From Mobula birostris (lineage: Eukaryota): a DNA stretch of 64,000 nt. Within the stretch, counting starts at the first letter, position 1; each line of letters starts with the position of its first letter. The notes beneath the pieces were generated by a model, which worked only from the letters and a program-made list of their open reading frames with translations, was not told where the DNA came from and made no database searches. Below are positions 1 through 13,619 of this stretch, piece by piece. The stretch spans positions 27,645,821-27,709,820 of the forward strand of contig NC_092379.1 of the NCBI RefSeq assembly GCF_030028105.1. The letters are read 5' to 3'. The position numbers and the translations under genes are program-made.

Positions 1-1720
1 CCCATTATAGGGTAACGGCAATAGAAACAGGAAGTAAGGAAGTAGACTCTTTCTGTATTTGCCATTAAACAATCCAATTTAGGAGCATTACATTAGCGCT
101 CCACACAACATTTACAATCTATTGCAGAACATGGGAAGAGTGGATCCTTGGTTTCATAATGCTACAATAGACTTCAATATCTAATCGCTATTAAGCATTG
201 ATGAAATTACAGATGGATAATTAGATCCAATCCAGTTCTGATCATTGCACATCAGGAAAGATGCCGATGGCAAAATATATGGGCAGAAGAGGTTTACCAC
301 AGCCGCTCCAGGTGAGGGAGTTTGCCACAGCGGTAAGGCTAGGTCACCTATAGCTGACAGAAAGATAATCGGTTAATGGAAGTGTAGTTGGACGATGTTC
401 AATGCAGTTAATAGTGGAATATTTCACCACTCAGTTACACCGACAGAAAGGCAGATTTATATATGTCTCTCCGTGTGAGACTTGGAAATTTCGGTAGACC
501 AGCAGGTTACAAGATAACCAAATCTGTACCAGATGCTTCGACTTGCAACACCTCAGGCAATGTGATAAGGGAATGGAGCTTGATATTGGGGACGCCAATG
601 GGACATTGTGTATATGAAAGATATGAGCTACAGGGAGGGAAGCAATATGTGACTATCAGGAGAAAGAAACGGCACAGGATGAGAAGGCAGAGAACTCTTG
701 TGGACGTTCTCCTCAATAATAATATACCACATTCGATAATGTAAAAGGGATAAATTACCACCAGCGGGGATGCTTCATTGGCAATCCTTGTGGCGCTGTG
801 GCGCTACAGCTCAGACAAAAAGAGAGGAAAAGGCTGCAGTATTGATAGATAATAACAATTTATTGCAAAAGTTAACGAGGTGCTGTGGACCCGACAGTTA
901 TATTCAGCAGTCTTCATCCATATTCGCAGCATTGATACAGGCACTAAATGTGACAAGGTCTTGGAAAGAGATATCAGGGCGCTAGGTAGAGAGCTGAAAA
1001 AGCAATAACTCTGAGTAGTAACCTTGGGATTGCTGCCTGTGTCATGCGTCAGTGCAGGCAACAAAACGGTGATTTGACAAAGAAATGCATGCATGACGTA
1101 TTTGTGCCGCGGTAAGGAGTTGAAACTTATGCATCATTATGATCCAGAAAATCAAATTTTAAAAAAGGGTCGAGGTAGCTTTTAGCTCATCGGAAATGGT
1201 GACCTGCACAAAAGGGAGAGGACGCACCTGAACACGTGAGGCAGGGCAATATCCTTGCGGGCAAGTTCCTACAGCTGTTCGGAAGAGTTAAAAATAGTTT
1301 AGAACTGGGATGGGAACAGGAGTGTTAGTTCTGAGGAGAGATAGTTGCCAACAGAGGTAGTGTGCAGTGAAGCTATTAACAAAGGAGAGGCTAGTGATCA
1401 GATAACTATCCGTAAATGGAGTGAGCTGCAATGTTAAATTGAAATCAAATCGAATAGGCTGCTTAATTGAGCAATGAAGGCGTTATATTTAAATGCACAC
1501 TGTATATGGAAGGAAGTAGATGAACTCGTAACGCGGTCTCAGATTGGCATGCATGAAGTTGTGCTCATCACTGAGCAGTAACTGAAAGATGATGAAAGCC
1601 TGGGGATTAACATACAAGGATGCACATTGCATTGAAAGGATAAACAGGTAGGCAGTGGAGCTCGGCTGGTTTGGACGGCTAAGTAAGTAAGTTAGTAAGC
1701 ATCTTGATAAACAGAAGTAA

Positions 1721-1751
<31 letters not shown>

Positions 1752-3360
1752 GCAAATAAGCAAATAAAAATAGCGAAACACATTAAAATATAGCACTATC
1801 TGACTATATATTGGACCACTAGAAAATGACGTTGGAGAAGATGGAGCTCTAACTGGGAAAGCATTATTTAAAAAGTCCAAAAAAAGTAGTGATTTGGAAA
1901 ATCTGATAGGAATACTAAGGCAGTCTCTATTCAAAGAGAGTAAGAGGGTATAGAAGGAGCGGTTAAGACCATTCATTAATAAAGCGGGGAAATATGTACT
2001 TAGAAGACATGACATGTTTCCATAAATTCACTGGAATTGTGTTGGTTAAGGAAGTCGTTGACTCAACTCATTTGCTACGCCATTACGAGACAAAGAATGA
2101 AGCAATGTGGGTATTCATAAATAACTTGCAGTTGAGATACTGCCAGAGCCGTAAGAAATGTATCGCACTTTATTGAGAGATGAAGGGCCTGAGATTACTG
2201 GAGCCTTGACAAATATCTCCCTGACTTCTCTAGACAGGGGCGGGCACATAATATTCCTCCATTATTTAAGAAGAGAACCAGAAATAGTACGGTCAGCTAC
2301 AAATCTGCAAGTCGTATGTCAATATTATGGAAGCTACAGGAGAGCAATCTTCGGGGTAGTGTCACTGAGAAATTGGAAAACATAGCCCAATTAGCGACAA
2401 TCTGCAAGACGTGTCTCACAAGGTGTTTTTCTTCGTAGGTTATCAAAGAGATTCCAGATAGAAGTGGGGATGCCATCTACGTGAATTTAAGTAAAGCCTC
2501 TGAAAAATTCCCCAACGGGACGTTCATCAAGAAGTTTAAACTGCATGTGATGCACAGAGAGTTGAATCTCAAATTTCAGAAATTGGCTGTCCGCATGTGA
2601 CAAAATGGTAATGAGCATTGGATGTAAATCCTACTGGAGGTCAGTGGTCAGTGGTATTCAACAGGGACCTGCATTTGAACCTCAGATGGTGCTGGATGGA
2701 AAAATACATGGGGACTCAACAAATTATACGGAGACTGATGGGGTTTTCAGTAGTCTAGAAGACTAGGAATTTGTACAGCAGGATATAATTCATTTGATGG
2801 TATGGGCGGAAAATGGCGGATGTGTACAAACTGCCAAAATGCCAAACATCAAATGGAAATGCACAGTAGGTTGTTATTCGCAAAACACTTCACAGTTCTG
2901 ATGAGCAGAGTGATCTTGCGGTCCATGCAGACAGATCCTAGATAGCTCTATTCAATTTGCGAGAGAGTTCAAGAACGAGTATGTAATGTGTGTTTTTACT
3001 GGCCGAAGAATTATATTTACAAGTTAGGAAGTTATGTTCGAGGTTTATGAAACTCGGTTTCGGCTGCATCTGCAGCACTGCTTTCAATTCTGGTCGCCCG
3101 ATTGCATACAGAATGTGGACAGTAATGGTGACGTTGCAGAAGAGATTTAGAAGAAATATGCCGCATTGCCGGATATGTGTTTAAAGTTTGGGCAAACGTA
3201 AATTGTTTTTTTAACAGAGAATTTTGTACTGACGAGAAGATGTGCCTCATAAAGTGACAACCTCGTGTATGTTCAAGATTTAAATTGCATCTGAATAGAT
3301 TCGGTTCCTTACCGAAAATGCAGCCCCAGGCCACGGATTCGTGTTCTATTTTGTTCTTAT
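1..3360 (+). mobile_element. Heavily decayed CR1 LINE (ORF1, endonuclease and RT remnants)
   Basis: Endonuclease start LYLNAH-like at ~1485, IGPLEND motif at ~1810, decayed DFSKAF-type motif at ~2480, CR1-like 3' tail near 3330-3360. Many stops. Confidence 0.7.
1719..1766. repeat. (AAAT)n microsatellite
   Basis: Direct tandem repeat, decaying after ~1751. Confidence 0.95.
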
Positions 3361-3469
3361 CGATGTAATTTTTGGTGCATTACGGGCAAAGTTTTCCGCA
3401 AGAACCGCATTAGCAAAGTGATTATGAACATTCTGCATCTGTGAATAGGATGTACGTATCATGACCATG

Positions 3470-3561
3470 ACAGAGAACGCAGGAGCAACTCAACAACTCA
3501 GACAGAATCAACGGAAAAGCGTAAAGAGGCCACGTTTCGGGCCGAGACCCCTCTTCAGACT
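3470..3561 (-). mobile_element. Penelope-like terminal repeat fragment with hammerhead-type core
   Basis: Minus strand CTGAAGA-G-GGGTCTCGGCCC-GAAACGTG; same family as the copies at 11150, 38020, 49000 and 50790. Confidence 0.65.
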
Positions 3562-4223
3562 CAAATTCCTCGTACGGTAGCAGTAGGCGAGTGTATTTTT
3601 TAAAAAATTAATTTTTGCAGAGAGTGTATCAGGAAAGGCAAGCCACATTGATAGCTTATTGATTCGTCATGGTAGCCATGTCGCCCAAGCTGCGAGTTAT
3701 CAGAACACGATAGGAAAAAAAAAATACTGTCAGCTGGTTAAGAGTCCCCACGGCTGATGTGCAAGTGGACAATTTCTGCGCTCCAATGCTGTTATGTATA
3801 AGATCGCTCGTGCACATCAGAACTCAATATTCCCTCCCGCATATGAACCTAGTTTCTTTCTGGTAATTGATCTATTTCACTGTCAGAGTGCCATCAGTGT
3901 GTGCGTGAGCTCATGGGGGTACGTCCCTGTTTTGGCATTAAATCTGAGCATAGAAGGCAAAGATGGTATTTGATCGTGTACAAGGTATACAATTGTCTCG
4001 ACACTAATATCTGTATCTGATGTAATCGCAAATGCACAACACAATCGCATTAAACAATTAAGACTACATAGAGATAAGTGCGCAAATCATCCGAAATGCG
4101 TAAAACTAAACATCAGTAGAATAATCCAAATTTCACAGCTATTAAAGAAAAATTAGCTTGCTTGGTGATGCACGTGTAACACGCCGACAGTTTTCACTGC
4201 TACTGTAATGGCCTCTCTGTAAT

Positions 4224-5667
4224 TGTCATGGTCCGTTCCGTGAAGTCTACATTCCGGTCACGGTCCGGTCCATCGATCCGTATTGCAGATTTTCTGGTTT
4301 TCCATTGCTTTGTTGGGTGCACTAATTGAGGCACATGATTCTTGTTTTGACAGACACAAAATTACCTCCGGATACCAGTGCTTGTCGGCTGGTCTGTTCC
4401 GTTCCTTCCCTTCCTTCTGTATCCTTGACAGTTGCAACGGCAATTTGCCTCGGCAGTTAAAACGGCAAGTCCCTCGGCAGTTATCACGGCAAGTTCCCTC
4501 GGCGGTAACCACGGCAAGTTCCCTTGGCTTTTACCATGGCAAGTTACCTCGGCAGCCACACCGGCATTGTGCCCTAACGAGCGTCCGGTTCTGCGTCCTG
4601 AAAAGCATCCTGGCCCCTGCGTTAAAGAAAGGAGTCCGGCCCTGCGTCCTGGAAAGCATACTGGCCCTGTGTCCTGGAAAGCATCCTGGCCCTGTGTCCT
4701 AGAAGGGTTCCGGTGGCTCCGAGCACCCAGATGGTATCCTGGCTCCGAGCCCCAAGAAGGAGTCCCGGCTCCGAGCCCTGCCGAGTCTAGGTGCCTGCCC
4801 AGCCAAGTATCCTAGAGCCTTGTCAAGCCCAGTCCAAGGGCCGTGCTCAGCTAAGTACCCAAGAGCCAAGCCAAGCCGTGTCCTGCAACCACGTCCCGTC
4901 CAAGAGTACCAGGTCCAGTCCAAGAGTCAGGAGCCGAAACCGGACATCCACGCCCAGGCCAGTGCTGGATTACTTCGTCCTATTCTGGGGATTACTCGTC
5001 CCGTCCTGGAGTCTGTCGTCACGTCCAAGAACCTCACCTTGTCCAAGCCACGACCAAGAATCTCGTCCTGCCCAAGCCACGACCAAGAACCGCGTCCTGT
5101 CCAATCCACGTCCAAGAATCTCGTCCTGTTCAAGCCACGTCCAAGAACCTCGTCCTGTTCAAGCCACGTCCAAGAACCTCGTCCTGTTCAAGCCAGGTCC
5201 AAGAACCTCCTTCAGTCCTAGCCATGTCCAAGGACCTCGTCCTGTCCACGCCACGGCTTTGTGTTCTCGTTCTGTCTATGTACCTCGCCCAACTCCAGGA
5301 GTAGCTTGCCCAGTTCTGTGCTGGGGTTCCCTCGTCCTGTTCAGGGGTCTGATGTCCAGTCCTCATGCCACTGCTCGTCCTGTAACCACGTCTTTTCCTC
5401 GCCTAGTTCTGGAGCCCCAGACCGAGTCCAATCTCAGGTTCGGTGTCCAAGACCAGGCTCCGTTTCCCCAGTTCCATGTTCTGGTTCCGATATCCTAGTC
5501 AAGTAGTATCCCGGGCCCTGAATCATTGTCTCGTCCAGGGCCTGTGTCATGTCCATCGTCTTTTCGTCCCCACCTCCCTTGCTTTCTTAACTAACACTGT
5601 CCTGTTCCTTGTACTTCAGTGCCTGGGTCTTGCATTTGGGTCCGCCATTAACACCCTCGTTATGACA
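4224..5667 (+). mobile_element. Solo LTR-like insertion (1444 bp) with internal minisatellites
   Basis: Ends TGTCAT...ATGACA; perfect 5-bp TSD GTAAT at 4219-4223 and 5668-5672. Confidence 0.85.
5024..5255. repeat. 29-bp minisatellite, ~8 copies (CCAAGAACCTCGTCCTGTTCAAGCCACGT)
   Basis: Head-to-tail copies with no spacers. Two further ~25-bp arrays at ~4440-4555 and ~4590-4700. Confidence 0.9.
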
Positions 5668-6025
5668 GTAATATTTCACTGCTAATGTCATGGTTTCTCT
5701 GTTGCAGCAATGTTTGTGTTATGACGAGCGATAACGGAGCTTTGGAATGTGGAGACTATCGAATGAGAGAATTGTTGTTCTTTCTTGTGAATCTGGTTAG
5801 AAAGTTTTGCGGTATTTTGCCGGGGAGAAGTAAGGAGAGAACAAGCGAATGGAGAGAGTTGATAGACCGCCGGACAGAGTGGACTTTAAGTGAGGATCCG
5901 AAGATCAGCAACAATCGGAGGAGGTCGATGCTCGACGAACGGCTGATCAGTGAACTGCAACGTTTGTGCATTAAACCGTTCCCAAAGAATGGGCCTTTTT
6001 TTTTGTTTTGTTTTCCTTGCCAACC

Positions 6026-7568
6026 ATATACGACCATAAGACAAAGGAGCAGAACTAGGCCATTCGGCCCATCGAGTTTGCTCCGCCATTGTATCATGAT
6101 ATGATCCATTCTCCTAGTTAGTCCCAGTCCCCCGCCTTCTCACCATAACCTGGCTACTCAGATATCTATCAATTCCTGCCTTAATTACATCCAATGACTT
6201 GGCCTCCACTGTTGCCCGTGGAAACAAATTCTATAGATTCACCACCCTCTGACTAAAAAAAAATCTTCCCATTTCTGTTCTGAATGGGCGCCCTTCAATC
6301 CTTAAGTCATGCCTTCTCGTACTAGACTCCCCCATGATGGGAAACAACTTTGCCACATCCACTCTGTCCATGCCTTTTAACATTCGAAATGTTTCTATGA
6401 GGTCTCCCCTCATTCTTCTAAGTTCCAAGGAATATAGTCCAAGAGCGCACAAACGTTCTTCATATGTTAACCCTCTCATTCCCGGAATCATTCTAGTGAA
6501 TCTTCTCTGTATCCTCTCCAACGTCAGCACATCCTTTCTTAAATAAGGAGACCAAACCTGCTCACAGTACTCTAAGTGAGATCTCATCAGCGCTTTATAG
6601 AGCCTCAACATCACATCCCTGCTCCTATACTCTATTCCTCTAGAAATGAATGCCAGCATTGCATTCACCTTCTTCACTACCGACTCAACCTGGAGGTTAA
6701 CTTTAAGGGTATCCTGTACGAGGACTCTCAAGTCCCGTTGCATCTCAGAACTTTGAATTCTTTCTCCATTTAAATAATAGTCTGCCCGTTTATTTTTTTT
6801 TCTCTGACAAAGTGCATAACCATACACTTTCCAACATTGTACTTCATTTACCACTTTTCTGCCTATTCTTCCAATCTATCCAGGTCTCTCTGCAGACTCT
6901 CCGTTTCCTCAACACTACCGGCCCCTCCACCTATTTTCGTATCATCGGCAAACTTGGCCACAAAATCATCTATTCCATAATCGAAATCGTTGATGTACAA
7001 TGCAAAAAGAAGCGTCCCCAACACTGATCCCTGAGGAACACCTCTGGTAACCGGCAGCCAACCAGAATAGGATCCCTTTATTCCCACGCTCTGTTTCCTG
7101 CCAATCAGCCAACGCTCTATCCACGCATGTAACTTTCCCGTAATTCCATGGGCTCTTATCTTGTTAAGTAGCCTCATGTGTGGCACCTTGTCAAAGGCCT
7201 TCTGAAAATCTAAATATACAACATCCACTACATCTCCCTTATCTAGCCTACTGGTAATTGTCTCAAAAAAATTGTAATAGGTTTGTCAGACAGAATTTTC
7301 CTTTAAGGAATCTATGCTGAATTCTGCCTATCTTGTCATATGCCTCCAGGTACTCTGTAACCACATCCCTGACAATCGACTCCAACAACTTCCCAACCAC
7401 CGTTGTCGAGCTAATATGTCTATAATTTCCTTTTTGCTTCCTTTCCCCGTTCTTAAATAGCAGAGTGACATTTGCAATCTTCCAGTCTTCCGGAACCATG
7501 CCAGAATCTATCGACTTTTGAAGGATCATCGCTCATGTCTCCTCAAACTCCACCGCTACTTCCTTCAG
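6026..7568 (-). mobile_element. 5'-truncated CR1 LINE (RT and 3' end), relatively young
   Basis: ORFs with VVYLDFQKAFDKVPH, GVPQGSVLG, FADDTKIGG and LERIQRRFTRMIPG; 3' tail TCTTATGGTC near 6030-6045. Confidence 0.93.
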
Positions 7569-10500
7569 TTTTAATATAGTCAAATTAAGAATTAGAAAAT
7601 TCAATCATTTAATCACATACTGTGTACTGCTTCTTATTTCGTATTACTGATTTGTAACAGAAGACACCTGACGCAACTTCCACCCAATCGAGATTTCTTA
7701 CGTTTGGCCGGGCCGGGGGCTATCATCCTGTATATTAAGCCGCTAGCCGAAGAAAATAGTCTCAGTTCTGGGAGCTACGTTCGGGATTCATTGCGTTGGA
7801 TCCTGTGTGATTACCCTGAGCAATAAACCAATAAGGAAGATATTCTTACATTGGATCTATTGTTATTTCATCTGTTAATACTGTTAAAGTTGCGAAGGTG
7901 GGCGGAGGTTTGATAAAATTGAAGGCGCAGCTCTCTTTTTAATGCAGACCAGCGCTCAGGCAGCAGTTGCGTCGAGTGGAGATTTGAAAGACAGGGTTGT
8001 ATCGTTTATATGGAGTGAGGGAAAGGAGTGGTCGGATTTGGTATGTTTAATTAGTTCACGGTCTCCGGTGAAGAGTGGGAATTCTAAGTTAACATCCACC
8101 CCTACGTCTCTGGCGACAAAGTGGAAGAATCTGATGCAAAGTCCCAGCTATGGTAGGCTCTGCCAATACTCTGGAATAACTCCCACCCCTACAGGGGACG
8201 AGGAGTATGAGACTTGGGGGAGCGGAACACTCAGTTGTTAGCTGAGTGACCGTTCTATGATGACGTAAAGAGACAGGGATTGGTTCGAAAGTTTGAATGG
8301 GCGAGCCGCTGACGTTGTTAGAGCCGTCATGTTATAATATCTGGTAGCGACAACGGTCAATTACATGCAAGCACTGCACAATGCTTCTGGTCCGACAGGA
8401 AGCCCAATGGAAAGTATGGTGGGGTTTCAGTACATGCATCAGGAGAAGGGGGAGAAGCTTTCTGTTTTTATTTGTCGGCTATAGAGGCAGATAAACAGCT
8501 TGCAGCACGGAGTGGTCATTCAGGTGGCTGAGCTGTATCAGTAAAGAATGGACCAGATATCCAGGGGCGTCCAGTCCCATGACATAATTGTTTGGGATCT
8601 CCAGTGGTCTCCTTAGACACGCGCCTCCATCTTTTGCTGAGCTGATTAAAGAGTTGCGGGAAGAAGAGAAAGCGTTCAAGGCTCCGCAGGGTCAGCAGGG
8701 TACAATCCTCGGTGGTAGTACCCTGCGGTGAAGCGGCCACAGAGAGCTTACCCCGGGGAGCGGAAGAGGAGATTGTGGCAGAGATGAGGACAGAAATATG
8801 TTGCCTGCTTTCAGCGGGTGTGACTCTTCATATGCTGGAGAAGATGGTGAGGGGTCGGATACCCCAAGGGGACGATCAATGCGGATGGCTGCTGGCAGCA
8901 TGGGTCACGCCAGAAAGGGAGTGTGCACCCGGTTACGTAAGCAGAGAGAGTCTTTGGGATAAATTGTTTAGACCCAATGAGGGAACGGCCCGGTGTCTCT
9001 GGGAGCACACTTACCTAGGAATGTACCAAGGAACCCCCGAAAGCGAAAGGCTGAATTCCTGAAGGCTTAGTGGGTCCATGCCACAGCGTGTCGCTACGAA
9101 TAGAGAGTATTTATGCCAAACCCATACTTGACAGAGGGTCACAGGTCACGTTGTTGTACAGTTCACATTACAAACGATATTTCGAGAGTAGACTCATTCA
9201 TGCGTTAGTCGACATTGTTGGAGTCCAGAAGTAGAGGAGCACTCCTTATCTCCCGCAGGGTGATCTCCAGCCAGCTAAGTTTTAATCGGACCTTGCCAGA
9301 CATGCTCTGGACCTTGAAGATCAGCAAAAACTGCAGGTGGAGTCAACATATTGGGCATCTGGTTCACAGTTATAACTTGCCCACCTAATGCAGCTATTGG
9401 ATACATGACATAGTATCTGATGTTTGGGCGCTAGGCGAGGTTGCCCATTGACCTTTGTTGCGGGACTGACGACGGCGATTTACCACCGAAGACTTACCTG
9501 AAGTATGAGTCTGACATGGGAAGAGAGCTGGAAAGGGCGTATGAATTAGTTGGGGTCGCGGCTGCCAAGCAGAATCAAGGGGATGTATGATCAAAAGTTG
9601 AGATTCTCTCAACCCTTGCCGGGAGACAGGATCCTCATAAGGAATTTGGAGCTATCTGGAAAGCATAAGTTGGCTGACCGCTGGGCAGTTACGCCCTGTG
9701 TGGTGGAGAGTCAGCTGCTAAGCCTATTGGGTTAAACCAAAGGATGGGAATGTACCTGCCAATATTCTCCATTGGAACCACCTGTTACCCCTTGGTCAAG
9801 AGGTGCAGGTAGGCACAGAGCCTGACATTGAGCCTACACCTAGCAAGACGTCTCTGCTGAAACCAGGGGCTAAAAAAACAAATTACTATATATGCTTAAA
9901 GCGGGATTTGATGCATCATTCATATATTAATTCTGTCAAATGTTATGGGAGGGAGGCAGGAGAATCTCACTATGAACGGTAATAAAGCAGCCGTTATTAA
10001 ACACCCGATACGCAAGCGATTTTAGTTTTTTTTTTTGAAGAAAGCCTGCATGTGAACATATTGGAGAACCTGATCATCGCAAAGGCAACTAGATGCCAGT
10101 GCATGGTACTCTTTTTTTTTTTTTTTGTTTTTTTCCCCATCTGAAGAGGGGTTATCAGCCTAGTGTCCATGGAACCCATGATAATAATATTCGCCTATAG
10201 CATGAAAAAACGGTGTGGAACCCTTGTCAGAAAAGAAATGTAGGATCAGTAACATGGGCATTAAAACAATCTCTTTCCTCGTTGTTGTCGCCGTCATAGC
10301 CTTCTGCTACACCAGCAGCATAGGAGATAAACTTGCAGCAAGTTTTGTGGATATTGTGTTCACTAAGAAGGATTATTCCAGATGGCTAAACACGATGTGC
10401 ATGCAGGAGCTTTATCTCCACTCCGTTTCTTTTCAGATGGGTGTCTGCGACCAAGATATCCCCCCAGGAACAGAGGAAGCATGCAGAGGCTCCAAGGGTG

Positions 10501-10569
10501 TATATAGACTTCTGCGAAAGTAAGTTCACGTTCTGAGGTTCGTTTCATCCATCACCTCACAAATGCGTC

Positions 10570-11140
10570 TTCTCTGATCTGGGCCGACATTTACGTGCCG
10601 GGCGGCTCCTGATTAATTAGCTTGTTTATGTCGGCTTTTTCTCTTAAAGATGTGCTGGGTTCGTCCCGGCTACCGCGGCAATCTCCGCGGCAATGTATCG
10701 GTCCATGGCCCGGGGGTTTGGGTGTGCGACACTGGGGTGTCATCTCAGTGTCGTCTGTTTCCATCAAGGCAGGCAGGTCATCTTCTTCTATGCCTGCCTG
10801 CCGCGATGTAGAAGGTCTGTGTTCGTCGCCTGCTGTGGCTGATGCGGAAGGCTTGCTTGACTGCTTACCCTCGCGCATTTTTCTATCATACAGTTCTCCG
10901 TACGCTCTCAAACCATCTTGCAAATATGCCCTAAACCGACGTACTCTTTCAAACTTAAAGCCATACTTTACCATTGCAGTGAATATTTCACGTTGTTGCT
11001 TCACGTTCAGTTCTTGGACAAATGCACTTTCGGCCTGTTCGTTACTGCATTTGCTTCCAATTGTTATCTGTTCCTCTTCAGCTGTGCATCTATCAGTTCT
11101 TGGTTATGGAATGTCAAAACCTCTTGAAAACTCTTCCTAG
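10570..11140 (-). mobile_element. Tigger/pogo-like DNA transposon fragment
   Basis: Minus ORF ...KQQREIFTAMVKYGFKFERVRRFRAYLQDGL... resembles a pogo-type transposase C-terminus (recognised from memory only). Confidence 0.45.
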
Positions 11141-11149
11141 CTTTTCTTT

Positions 11150-11290
11150 CAGTTAGTCCTGACGAAGGGTTTCAGCCCGGAATGTCGACTGTACCGCTTC
11201 CTAGAGATGCTGCCTGGCCTGCTGCGTTCACCAGCAACTTTTATGTGTGTTGCTTGAAATTCCAGCATCTGCAGACTACCTCGTGTTTCG
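11150..11290 (+). mobile_element. Penelope-like terminal repeat with near-complete minimal hammerhead motif
   Basis: TAGTC-CTGACGA-A-GGGTTTCAGCCC-GGA-ATGT-C-GACTG at 11154-11191. Confidence 0.7.
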
Positions 11291-11299
11291 TGTTATATA

Positions 11300-12110
11300 A
11301 TTGCTACGTTTTAACCAACTAACAAAAGAATACGAAAAAAGATAATTAAGAAGATAAAGTTGGAATACCAAATTAACTCGCCAAAAAATTAGAGAAGGTT
11401 CCGATCGTTAATTCATATTTTTTTAAAGAAGTGTAAACGATCGGCGAGCGTGGATATCGAACCGATATGAAGCGATTCCGGAGAGGTAGTAATGGAGAAC
11501 CTGGAATTGGCGGGTGATCTGTATAAGTACTTTGCATTGGTCTTCACTGCCTTGGGCAGCTATTGCATGGTGGAAGCTCAAGGAGTCAAGGGACATGAAT
11601 GTGTGAAGTTAGAATTAGTAGAGCGAATATTCTGAAAAAAAAGAGATGTGAAGTTGGATACGTCATCTTGACTCGTGGTCTAGACTCAAGTGTATGAAAA
11701 CTTGGCTAATGAAATTGTAGAGACATTAGTAATGATCCCTAAAGAATTACAGATTCTGGAATGGTACTGGAAGAGAGGACAATTGCAAATAGCACTCCAG
11801 CATTCAAGAATGGGGGAGAAAGGACATTATATTCCAGATAGTCTGGCTACACTTATTGGAAAGATATTGAAGTCAATTATGCAAGATAGAGTCTCAACTT
11901 ACATGGAGGCATGGAGGTACATGAAAGAAAATAGCCCACTATTAGCATACTTTACTCAAGAAAAAACATCCTGCCTGACAAGAGTATTGGAAATCTTTGA
12001 AAAAATATCCAGCAGGATAGACAATCGAAACCGGGAGGAGATATGTCATAAAACTGCAGGGTTTTCCCGCCAATCCCTCAAACCTCCATGAGGCTACCAC
12101 GAACCCTTAA
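11300..12110 (+). mobile_element. Decayed CR1 LINE RT fragment
   Basis: Y(F)ALVFT-like motif at ~11525; SCLTRVLEIFEKISSRID matches the CR1 SCLTNLLEFFE region. Confidence 0.65.
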
Positions 12111-13619
12111 ACACCCTACATCCTGCCAGAAGGATGCTGAAGTGGAGGAAGATAAAACACAAATGGAAATCAGCAAAGTAATATACTCGTTAACTTAAGG
12201 AAGTACTCATCGAAAGTTTCCCCAGGGATAATACATCTGGAATGCATTGTTGTTTTCAGGGTGAAGAGGGCTGGTGCTCCAAGAAGAAATATTATTTTTG
12301 TTGGCTTTTACCTGTAATAGTTGCATTTAAAATAAGGTTTTGTTGTGCAGCCTTGCTTAATATTAACCTGTTTGGAAAGGAAGTCTTATATACTGTGGAT
12401 ATTGTTTCATCTCGCTTGTACACACCTGTTACTTAATTAGCGGGTGTATTCAATTCAGAAAATCTGCGAACATTGATGATTCGAATTCAAGAGCCGTATA
12501 CTGCCATTATCTCTTTGTCAAATAGTATATGGATCAATAGGCTGGAAACCAATTTCCCCCGGGATCAATAAAGTATGACTATGACTATGACTATAATAAT
12601 CATCGTCCCTTTGATAATGATTCCTCCTGTCCACTTGATCATTCTCGCTAACCGCAATGCAGATTCATAGTCACATTGGAAGACAATGAATTACTTACAG
12701 AAGTAATTAATATAACCCTATAAAACTGAAAAGTTTCCCGCTTAGGTATTTTATGTAGACTAACAATATAAACCGGTTTAATGGAAACAACTATAATTGA
12801 AGAAATGGATAAATACTGTTATGGAATTTATTGGTCATACTGTTGAAAAGATACCCTTAAAACACTTTGAACAGAGCATTGCGAAAAAAAAAAAATCATG
12901 GAGATTTCTCCATTCTACAGAGTCAATTACAAGTTCCATTTCTTGTTTAATATTCACCCAACCATCCTTGGATATAGCCAAATTAAAGAGCTTTATATGT
13001 AACAAGTGTGTGAATATACGAGCTACAAAAATATATATATTTCTATTTCTACATATATAGCCAGCATTCCACTGCAGTATTAAATGTGAAACTTACAGGA
13101 CAATATTCAGCCATTTTCGGGTTCTGTCCTAAATGGTTCAGGGGAAGCAAAATGGAAAGAATGCTGAAGCAAAAGTTAAGTTAAAGCGGAAATGTTACCC
13201 TCCATGATAAACAGGTTTTTGGAGGCTTATTCCCAAAGACTATTGAATCTACTCAGGTCTCCTACTTGCCCTTAAGCAAACGGTCAAGAAGCGTTGGGTC
13301 TGCGGTACGCATAATATCTTCCGAGGAGAATAACTTCAGAATTATCTTTGTCTATGCGATTTCAAATATATTTCGGGCAGATTACGAAGTACAAATGCGG
13401 AAACAAAAGTATGACAATTTTACTGTTGGATACCAACTCAAAATGCTCAATTTTTGTGCTGTGACAGATACAACTATTTCTTTATATGGACAAGGTTAGT
13501 TGCAAAGACAACATTTCAATTATTGTTCTGCATTCTGTCCCGTGGTATTGTTATCAAAAAGCGTATAAAGGGAACAATTTAGCTCCCAGTATTTCTATGA
13601 TTGTAAAAAACATTTATGG

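Larger units (their letters stand above)
4175..9880 (+). mobile_element. Gypsy LTR element copy 1 (PNMA-type gag), internally deleted; 5' LTR split by two insertions
   Basis: LTR starts TGTAAC at 4175, homologous to 23651, and resumes at 5668-6025 and 7569-~7765. Decayed tRNA-Pro-type PBS at 7769-7787. Gag remnants ~8000-8700, protease motif ILDRGSQVTLLY at ~9120, integrase C-terminal region ~9400-9880. No 3' LTR seen. Confidence 0.8.

Noticed and set aside
4440-5255. Regular 25-29-bp repeats resembling a CRISPR array
   Set aside because: Head-to-tail with no unique spacers, inside an LTR-like insert in vertebrate DNA; minisatellites.
4258-5685. Many long overlapping Pro/Arg/Ser-rich ORFs (up to 235 aa)
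   Set aside because: Stop-poor GC-rich tandem repeats are open in several frames on both strands.
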